In this document: piece after piece, positions 40,001 through 64,000 of the stretch | Layout: every line of letters begins with the position of its first letter | Position numbering within the stretch: the first letter of the stretch is position 1 | From: Phoronis australis | Taxonomy: Eukaryota > Animalia > Phoronida | Assembly: GCA_002633005.1 (NCBI GenBank) | Contig: NMRA01000314.1 | Coordinates: forward strand, 433,234 to 497,233 | Direction: 5' to 3' | Length of the DNA: 64,000 bases | Program-made: the position numbers and the translations under genes | The notes under the pieces: model-generated | The model's database searches: none | What the model saw: the letters and a program-made list of their open reading frames with translations, nothing else | Told to the model about the DNA's origin: nothing

Positions 40001-42338
40001 AATAAGTGGACCTTGAAATTTCTACATCTCGACGTTCAAATGTTGACGTATGTACTACACTTAAGTATGGCCCTTTTGAGAATAAGACCGGTATAACATG
40101 ATTTCCCAGCATCTATGTCGTTTTCAGCCAGTGTTTTGGATAGCAACACACGTGAAAACATCATGGCCCATTTTGTCATAACTTTATACTTATGTTTGTA
40201 TTTCAGAACTGGTTGACAAGTGTGTGGGATCAAGGATTCACATAATCATGAAGTCAGATAAAGAGATAGTTGGCACACTGCTGGGATTTGATGATTTCGT
40301 CAGTATCCTTTGTAGTGTTGAAATATGGCTATTGGCATGTACAACTGATGGGGGTGTTGAAATATGGCTATTGGCATGTACAACTGATGGGGGTGGAACT
40401 GAACTCAATTGAAAAGGACTTTCATGGCTTTGAAAAATCTGTCATGCACTATTGCAAATGGCATCTTATCAGACTACCTGCTTGAGATCATGATCAGCAC
40501 ATAAGGTTTCTCAGGGCGACTTGCCAACTTGTAGATCCTGATATCACGCAATAAAGAAATGTCAATGCTTTTTAATCCCTGAAATCACCTCAAATTTGTC
40601 TAAGGAACTGCTTGAGGTTAATTTAGGTACGTTAAATGGATCAAATTAGAAATTTATTTATGTGATGGAACGCAGGCTTTTAGCCACTTTGAATTGAATA
40701 CTGTTACTAATAAACTGATGTTGCATTGGTATCAGGCTCTCATTTTATCAAAGGTTCCTATGTCGAGTCACATCATATTGTGAAGTGCTTCTTCGTGCCC
40801 ATTTTTTTTCCTCAAAATGCGATGTAGGAGAGCACGCTGTGTCTCATGTACTACCTGTCTCCTTAACTCCTCTGTTCAGATATGGTGCTGGAAGACGTCA
40901 CTGAGTTGTACGTATTCACTTATAGGTTTTTAAAAACTTGGGTTTCTTCTGTAGTCACTTTACTTGTATAGAAAATTTTGTGTTCAGAAATTGATGTTTA
41001 CTTACACTTGACATTGTCTTATTTGTAAGTAAGAGTATGTCACATTGACAAAACAAGGTCGTGTTGAATAAGCTGTCTCCATTGTGCGCTTGCATGTATT
41101 ACACGTTCATGTAGCTGCAGCCATGAAGATTACAACGCCATCTATTGTAGGAATGTGGAGCTGTGAACTATGATCTAAATTAAGATTGAGTCAGCAAGGT
41201 TTCAAAGTATTACCCCTAATGTCTTTAGGTGCTTCCAGAAATAAGAAGTTTGATGTGGAATAATTTGTGCTCTTGTCTTTCACCAAACCAAAATTAGACT
41301 TTCGAATCAAACCCCGGCTTGACAGTATGTACCATGATTCTGTGATTTCTTGCAACCAGAACTATTGTCTCCTAATGCGTGTCGGTTTTGGATAAAATGT
41401 CTTTTGTGTTTCAGTGAAAGCACACCAGAGGGCAGGCGAATCACCAAGCTGGACCAAATTCTGTTGAACGGCAACAATATCACTATGGTAATGAAAACAT
41501 TAACTAACCACTGAGCACAGGATAGTAAGCAGTCAGAACACAGACATCTTTGTGCAGGGCTCAACACTAACTTTTTCTTCAACCTGCCCTACTTACTCAA
41601 AATTTACATGCCCAAACAGAAAATTCATGTTGCCTGGAATATGAAATTTGGTAATGTTGAATTAAACAATTTGAAACTGTATGAGATGCCAAAATGGAAG
41701 AAATTCAAGACAGATTTACACTCCAAAATCATGATAGTATTAACATCAACATTTAAAATGTTGTCAACACTTCAATAAAATGTTGACAGCATTTTACTTA
41801 AATGTTACCAATATTTTCAAAAAAATCTTGCCGACATTTTAAAAACCTTGGCAGTATTTTATTTAAGCGTTTACAGCATTTTAAAGGTTGATGTTAATAT
41901 TATCATGATCTTGGGGTGTGAATCTGTGTTGAATTTGATCCGTTTTGGCATCTGTAAAAGTGTTGCAGTAACATAAAAAATACCACTCAGTGTCAAAGAA
42001 TTGTAATGAAAATTTGAAATTCAGGAACAAGAAAATTCAATGGACCTGCATGTACCGGGTCTAGAATGAAATGCACGCATTGATATCCTTGACACTACTA
42101 CAGCCAAAGATTGGATGTAAAATGTAATTGGGCAATAGTCACTTACGGGTCCTTGATTTTGAGAACCAGTTTGATGCCTGTTATTCAGTGGAGAAAACTG
42201 GTTCCCCTGTAAGTGACAATTACCAATAATTGAATAATAGAATTTAACTTTTTAAGTACACTCTTGCGCTTTATCATTAAAATAGTTGTTGTCTTGTTTC
42301 AGCTGGTCCCTGGTGGAGAAGGCCCATTGGAGTTATGA
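36983..42338 (+). CDS. LSM5: U6 snRNA-associated Sm-like protein LSm5 (90 aa); exons 36983-37022, 40207-40302 (duplicate at 38771-38866), 40880-40907, 41415-41487, 42303-42338
   Basis: [90 protein letters not shown], near-identical to human LSM5 as recalled; all junctions in phase. Confidence 0.97.
37300..37832 (+). mobile_element. 5'-truncated LINE 3' end (RTE-X/CR1/L2-type ORF2 C-terminus)
   Basis: TRRSSNYSIPINRTDYWKKTFFPGTVADWNSLP resembles the common LINE C-terminal SFFPRTIxxWNSLP motif; (AAG)n tail near 37821-37832. Confidence 0.75.
38771..38866 (+). CDS. LSM5: LSM5 exon 2, copy A (probable allelic duplicate)
   Basis: 96 nt, same peptide as copy B, 4 synonymous differences; U12 donor GTATCCTTT. 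Confidence 0.8.
38880..38983. repeat. 39-bp minisatellite just after the LSM5 U12 donor
   Basis: tgttgaaatatggctattggcatgtacaactgatggggg, about 3 units here and 2 units at 40316-40393. Confidence 0.9.
40207..40302 (+). CDS. LSM5: LSM5 exon 2, copy B
   Basis: [31 protein letters not shown]; U12 donor GTATCCTTT. Confidence 0.92.
40303..40879 (+). other. U12-type (minor spliceosome) GT-AG intron of LSM5
   Basis: 5'SS GTATCCTTT; branch site TCCTTAAC at 40860-40867, about 13 nt before the CAG acceptor. Confidence 0.93.
40880..40907 (+). CDS. LSM5: LSM5 exon 3 (28 nt)
   Basis: (N)MVLEDVTE(F); donor GTACGT. Confidence 0.93.
41415..41487 (+). CDS. LSM5: LSM5 exon 4
   Basis: [24 protein letters not shown]; donor GTAATG. 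Confidence 0.95.
41680..41956. mobile_element. Foldback MITE in LSM5 intron 4
   Basis: Long imperfect inverted arms agatgccaaaatgga...atcatgatagtattaacatcaac / gttgatgttaatattatcatgat...tccgttttggcatct. Confidence 0.8.
42303..42338 (+). CDS. LSM5: LSM5 exon 5 (terminal coding part)
   Basis: [11 protein letters not shown] then TGA. Confidence 0.93.
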   Translation: [11 protein letters not shown]

Positions 42339-42795
42339 TGAGAATCAGATGACAGAGACACCTGGTGGCAGTGAAATAAAATTTCCTTATCACTGCTGTT
42401 GTTTTCCTCAAATTGCTATCAAGAGACAATATGAGTCATCGTATTTGAATGCTTTAGATATTATCTGGTGGACAGGTCCTTGCTATTACCTTTGACCTAG
42501 ATCAACGGGACAGTGAGGAGTCCTGCCTTGTAGCAATGACAAGAAATGTCCAGGGTTTGTTTTCTTGAACTTATTAAGCACGAGGAGTCTCTTATTCAGA
42601 TGCCTTACGTAGATTATTAACTGTTGTCTCATCATTGTTTTCTTTACTCTGGGACTACTGTTTCTTCAAATTGATGTTATATAAACAGATATGCACCAGA
42701 CCAGTATCTGTTAAACTGCCTAGTGCTACAGAAGTCTGTTCTCTTTATTTCCCACAGCAGGTGGTGCTGTTTGTATTTTGTTGTTTCATAAACAC

Positions 42796-42801
42796 AATAA
42801 A
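42796..42801 (+). terminator. Candidate LSM5 polyadenylation signal
   Basis: AATAAA followed by U-rich sequence ~460 nt after the stop; another AATAAA near 42375. Confidence 0.4.
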
Positions 42802-43149
42802 TATTTTGTAGACTTTGTACTTATTTCTTGTAAATCGCGATTTCGTGCACCCACATATGTGTATGCGTCACATATTGCCGTCATCTCTGTGTGGCATCCG
42901 TAGGGCTGCGGTGGCTGTGGATCTTAAATAATTTATTTGCATGCTCCTAGCTATGCTGGTGCACAGCAGGAACTAAATGACTAAACATAATCTATGCTAG
43001 ACAAAGTGCAGTTGTATTGATTGACAACTTGTAAATGTGAAAACAAAAAGTTCAGCAAATAGGTGGCCTTTGCGCTAATGAAGTACCTCCCGGGCTGACA
43101 TAGCCACATCATGCAGTGTTATTCCCCAGCACCAGTGGTCACGATACTT

Positions 43150-45380
43150 TCTGGACAGGATTCAGTGATTTGTTGGGGATCATTTTCACTACAAAACTCT
43201 TTCTTAAAAACATTTGACAATTTTCAATCTACTTCATATTCACATCGTTGCTATATGTTGTGTTTCTAACTGGTCAAGCAATCGCAGAGATCAGGAATTG
43301 GCCTGCAAGTTCCAGTTAAAACTATTTAGAGGATCTTGAAATTTTCTAAGTGTAGTCCTAGAAATGTGGCAATGGATGGTGATGACTTTTGGAGGGATTC
43401 GACTTCCGCTGTGGCATTTATTTTTATTTACATTTGTCTCTATTTCGTTTCCTTTTGTTGGTTGGCCTGTGTACCTACTGAGAACGGCATGACTGACTTT
43501 GATCTTCTTATGGGTGCTGCGCCCTGGTGATGATTTTGTCTTTTGCTTTTGTGGTTGTTACTCCAAAACCGGTCGCAGGATCTTTGTAAAACTTGACACG
43601 AGAATTCCAACAGATGACGCTTGGACAAATCGGACTGCTACGTTTTCCTCGACATGTTCTGAATTTCTTGTCCGATTTTTATGCCCCCAGATGTACGTAT
43701 TATTTGTGTATACTGCAGTTTTCTTACCTCGCGTCCGATATTGTATCTATGAAAACCCTTGCATGATTTTAATGAGATTTGTTTGATATGTTCCGGTTAT
43801 GAAGCAGACTACAGACGATGGTGAGTTTCGGATCGCTCCCACTACCGCTGTGCACTTCAGTGTCGATTTTAGTTTTTCATGTTTACCACTGTAATTTTGG
43901 AGTTCCAGTTCCTTCTCTTGATGGATTTTCACGAAATTTGACAAATGAGTTTCTAGTAAGACGACTACGCCTTCACATTTCAGGCGGATTTTGCCATATT
44001 CTGAGTCACCTTGGGGCAATTCTTGATTTGCGAATCCTTTTTGGCGTCCGCTGATGGTTGACGCTGATTTTCGGATGAGTATGCCCTGCTCCAACGAAAT
44101 TGATTTTTCTTTATGTATCCCTAGAGCATCTCCCAGTAATTTACACCGCTCAAAATCCGATAGTTTTGCCTGTTGGATCACTTGGGCCGAAGATGCCTGC
44201 CACGTTGTCTTGGAGGCCGGGACATTCATTTATAATTAGCTGCGTTGTACGTGGTCTTTACCCACTGTTGTTACATTTTACGGATTCACTGATTCGACGC
44301 ATTTTGCCCTCATTTATTCATCCCCCATTTACGGATTATTAATTTTTTTTATTTGCATTTTACCTTTCTTTCTCAGTATTTGAGAACTCATTAAATTTAA
44401 TTCGTTGCATTTCACAATGCAGTGATTACTGACATTTTATAAGTGCATTACAATTAACCATTTCGTTTTACAGAATAAAAATTAACGGAACTAAACGGGT
44501 GTATTGTTTCGTATGCAAGTTCATTTAGTCGTCACATTCTTTGGATTCAACCATAAATTCGACTGCAAATTTTGGAAATTTTTGAACACCTAGCATTTAA
44601 AGATTCTCATAAGTTTGTTCGGATTGTACGATTTCTATAACATTTGTCAATCGTTACATTCTGAGGATTCATTACGTTGCAAATTTCACATTGATAATCT
44701 TTATTTTACAGATTAAATTATTCACTGCATTTTACACATGTGTTTTTTGTACTCTCTACATTTTACTAATTAGGTTGCATTTTAAGAGTTCAACACTTCG
44801 TAAAAATATGGAACAGGCCCGCCGTGATGTTACACGGTTGTGAATGACAGTTACTTCTGTGCTTTACAAAACGGGTAAAGCCGAAATACTGAGACAATGC
44901 TGCACTGCTTCGTTTCATTTATTAAAGCAATGTGGGGCGGCTATAAACGATTTCCAAAAACTGAAATTTCAATTTTTATAAGTTGCTCGTTTTGGCACTC
45001 TTTGAAATTAATTCCTATTCAAGAATTCAGAGTTACTGGGTCATTGAGGAATTTCAGGTTCCGACAAAATTCCGTAGTTGCCAAGGAGTTCAAAACGTTA
45101 GCGGAAAAATGATCTACTGATGATAACGTTGCAGTTCGCAATGAACAGGGATAATTATAGTATGTTTGTTGCCTGCAGTATGCTTTCACTGACACTCGAA
45201 CTATTTTGACACTCAGTGCCTGTGTAACAATTGACCACCTTGGAAAAATGACTCGGGCCTCTTTTTGAACGCTAAAGAAGTGGCCCGGATCATTTTTCAA
45301 CGTTCAATTTTGGTCCATCGCCGCTGTTGAAAACGAGTCAGCTCATTGAGAATGTGTTGGGGGTCATTTTTCAACGGTTT
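43150..45380. mobile_element. Probable degraded transposon with fragmentary minus-strand ORFs
   Basis: CpG-richer segment with a 160-aa ORF (43747-44229) of no family I recognise; repeated gatcattttt/gtcatttttcaacg motifs near the ends; boundaries uncertain. Confidence 0.3.
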
Positions 45381-45952
45381 CGTTTACCCAGCAACTCATA
45401 AAGAAAGAACGGATATTCCGTTTCTTTGATCGGATTGTTATCACCCGAGTGGCGGATTAATCATAACTGGGGCTCTAGGCTGTGCTCAACTCTGGGCCTC
45501 TTCTTTGTTGAACATCAACACGGACATTCCCACTGACCGGTAATACAAAGACGTGCTCTGAAAAGGGTAACTCGTTAAGCAGCAACCCGGGTAGGTCACT
45601 CCCATCACCACCTGACGGAATTGTGGGAGTGTTTGTTAATATTTCTTGACGAGATGTCCCACTTGGACTCAAGACAGGCCTACTACTGCCAAAGAGGTCC
45701 CAAAAATTTCCAATGCGAATGCGCGTTACAAGTCGAAACAAAAGGCAGATTTACTGTGGTACTTTCAGTACGTACGTGATAGGGCCTCGCGTCTCTTATG
45801 GTTTTTGTTAAGGACTGCGACGGGGCGAGGTAGTGAGGAGGGGACCTCGCCAGCTTCGTTGGTACAGGGCCCCCGTTTTTATAAATCAGATCTGCACCTG
45901 GGTCAAACGGCCCTTGAACTACATTAACGCGGGCGTGTAGCCACTAAGGCGC

Positions 45953-46539
45953 CAGTCCCATTGACATCATTCCAACTTCCCCGCAACCATGAAATGTCAA
46001 GATCAAGATGTGGCCTATTCCTAAACAACGAGAAATTTATACATAATTTTAATAATATTTCGCCTCTGTGTTCCTGTGGAGATACCCAGACATATCCTCA
46101 TGTTTTCTTTGCTTGTGAGGTATGCAAGGAGGATAGGGTACAGCTCTTCCAGGCACTCGAACAATATCCCAATGTTTATAAAAATATTCTGAAATTCCGC
46201 AATTGTACAACAAAATTAATTTCTTTCTATATGGATGTCAAGAACTTAACTCAAACGAAAATAAGGTTTTATTTGAAATAGTATCAGAATTTCTTTATAA
46301 CATTAAATCTCTTTGTGTGAGTGGATAGAATTTTATACATCTGTATGAAAATGAATTATTTTCATTCGTTGTCATATATCATTGTATTCTTAACATCAGT
46401 TTTTTATTTATGTATTCGTATATAATCATTGTATATAGACTCCTTTGTATTTTTTTACCCAGATCTAATGCCTCTTGGCGCTTTCTGGGTTATGTATATT
46501 CATTGTATTCTGAAGATTTCGTAATAAACATTAAAAAAA
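45953..46539 (+). mobile_element. 5'-truncated LINE (CR1/L2-like C-terminal Cys/His motif) with poly(A) and TSD
   Basis: ISPLCSCGDTQTYPHVFFAC; AATAAA plus A8 tail; TSD ACTAAGGCGC at 45943-45952 and 46540-46549. Confidence 0.82.
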
Positions 46540-48678
46540 ACTAAGGCGCGGAGGGGTTCGATAATTCTATCGAATCCCTCCGGCGTGGAAAACTCGGGTG
46601 CCGACGTTAAGAAACTTGCGATCGCGGTAGCGGCGAACTCCCACCTGGTTGTCTCCACGGCAACTTTTCCCAGACACCCACTGGTGGATGCTCGAGAGAC
46701 TACCTATGTTCAAAGGTGATAGCATGCCCAAAATTGCGGTAAATAGCTAGGTCAGTATTTTCAGCCCCGTTTGTACGCGTCTACTATGCCCACCCCGCAA
46801 TAATCCTAGGGGGATTCCAAACGTTAACTATCCCGCAATGAAGTAATAGGCGTCACAGTCGCCATTTTTGTTTTTTATTTATATTCATGCCCGAGGAATT
46901 GGTTTATTTTGTACTCAGCAACAGGAAGTAAATTGCAGAGATGCATCTAGGTGGTTGATTTTAGAGTTGCACGCTGCAGCCTTAGGGGTGGTCGGACAAA
47001 TATAATTTCCCGCACTAAGGGTCAAGGGAGAGAAAAAACTGATAGGGTCTACCTGCAGGAGGGGGGAAGCTCTTACTAGAATTCTTGTGGACACGCATAG
47101 CTGTGACTGACCCCCAGGGTGGGATACTATTGGCAGGGAGCCACAGGATACGGTACAGCCTTTTTGTCGTCACCCGTTTGCTTGTGAAACCAGGCGGTGT
47201 TTTTCCTTGGCGTTGCAATACCCATTTGCCTTGTGAGTCAAGGATATTCACCAGGTATTTGTTTGGTTAGATGAGGTTGCCCGGCTGCCCTGTTGCAGAA
47301 CATGTATTTTAGCATCATTTGATTTAATCATCGTAGGCATAATTTTCACTTGTTGACTGCCACTTCACAGAAGAGGGTTAGTAATATGCTTCCTATTCCA
47401 CGAAAGACGAATTTTACATTTCTCTGATGGACGATTTTAATGGCAGAACAGGTTCCTTGTCAGATAATCTGTCTTTAGACCGGCTGACAATTACATGTCA
47501 GTTAATGTATGCTCTCTGACTGATGATCGCCACATCCCTAGACAGCCTGTGTATTAAATAGTTTTGGAAAAAGTTTAATAAATTTATAAAAATTTCTTAA
47601 GCTCCACTTTGGTAATGGCGGATATAATGAAGATATCCCAGGTATGTTTTACATCAGACGGTAGAGCCGTAGTGTTAATGAGAACTGGATTACACAGCCA
47701 TTCACTGATATTTCTGGTCATCTTCCATTACTATAATTATGAAAATTAAATATAATTAAGCCATGCACTTCTGATCCAGGTGATGTTCAGCCATATTTAC
47801 AAATCAAGTGGAATAACAATCTCGCAGAAAATGCAAAATAAACATGAATAGCCAAATGGCATAAAACAAGCTTTCTAGTGCAATCGACAGCCTAAAGAAT
47901 AATGATCTGGCGCTGCTGTGAACGGACTTGGAGAACGTCTTCAGATTTAATTGGTGAGTCCATGATTGTAAAACCAAAAAATGTTAAGAATAAAATCTAT
48001 TTTAATAAACGTCAACCGGAACGGTGGGACGAAGGCGTGAAGGGAGAAAAAAGCTCGTAAAGAAATAGAGCTCTGAATAGGTTGAAAAGAGATTTGGGTT
48101 AATCTTATGCAACGGAGTAGGCGCCCTATAAACTAGCTAAAAATATTGTACTGATATTGTGATCAATACTAACCAAAGTACTTATGAATTAGAATTGCGT
48201 GATCATTAGCATGTAGCGACACCGGTGAGTGCTGAAAAAAAATAAAAAGAATTTACTTTTCTGTTGAAAAAGGGACCCGGTCGGGTCATGGGAATCAAAA
48301 TTTAATGTTACACAGCTAAAATGGCAGTCGAAGTAACATCAAATTAATCTTCTTGGGGTTTTAGCTTGTTCAGAGAATTTAAATATAGAAATTAGGAATC
48401 TGCAGCGATGCACAGGCGTCCTCCGTTCTGTTCGTCGGGGACGATCAGAAGCTGAGGACGAGGACCGCCTGTGCAGCGATGCAGTGAAAGAGTTCACACG
48501 TTACTCTGTAGGTAGCGCGCTAGTTAGCTGATTAGTGTGCAGCGGACAGTACGAAAGATCCAAAGTTCACACGATAATGAGCTTATCTTGGATTTCGTCT
48601 TCACCGACGGGAGTTGCGGTCTCTGTACCGTCAGCAGTCGTATCAGATTCATAATTTTGTCTTTTGCCGCATATCGTC

Positions 48679-63998
<15,320 letters not shown>

Positions 63999-64000
63999 TA

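Larger units (their letters stand above)
37551..40380. repeat. ~1.4-kb near-identical tandem duplication (37551-38983 and 38985-40380) joined by a single N
   Basis: Second copy restarts at tgcattacatcagtccc directly after N at 38984; scattered SNPs and small indels. Confidence 0.95.

Noticed and set aside
48577-48654. In-frame upstream ATG giving EHHADH an N-terminal targeting extension
   Set aside because: The frame closes at TAA 48652-48654 before the main ATG; at most a short uORF, and it may lie upstream of the transcription start.

Overview
AT-rich, intron-rich animal (invertebrate-like) genomic DNA, not prokaryotic; most ORFs in the supplied track are spurious. I reconstructed three spliced genes by hand. 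(1) The 5' end of a TRIO/Kalirin-family RhoGEF on the minus strand: three exons encoding the start of the Sec14/CRAL-TRIO domain, with a ~35.3 kb first intron. (2) A complete LSM5 gene on the plus strand (90 aa), head-to-head with TRIO/Kalirin, with a GT-AG U12-type minor intron; its exon 2 appears twice, probably from a haplotype duplication at a 1-N junction. (3) Most of EHHADH (peroxisomal bifunctional enzyme/MFE-1) on the plus strand, ~650 codons, 3' end outside the window. The most striking feature is a pair of tandem, homologous 139-nt exons (3a/3b) in EHHADH, 50 nt apart, of which exactly one can be used in frame. Exon 3b keeps the hydratase catalytic glutamate (GGGLE) while 3a has Leu there (GGGLL), as in monofunctional enoyl-CoA isomerases, suggesting a splicing-controlled catalytic switch. 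Introns and intergenic DNA carry many non-autonomous DNA transposons (Kolobok-like with a THAP relic, P-like, Harbinger-like, hAT-like, pogo/mariner-like), LINE 3' fragments, tRNA-derived SINE heads and minisatellites.
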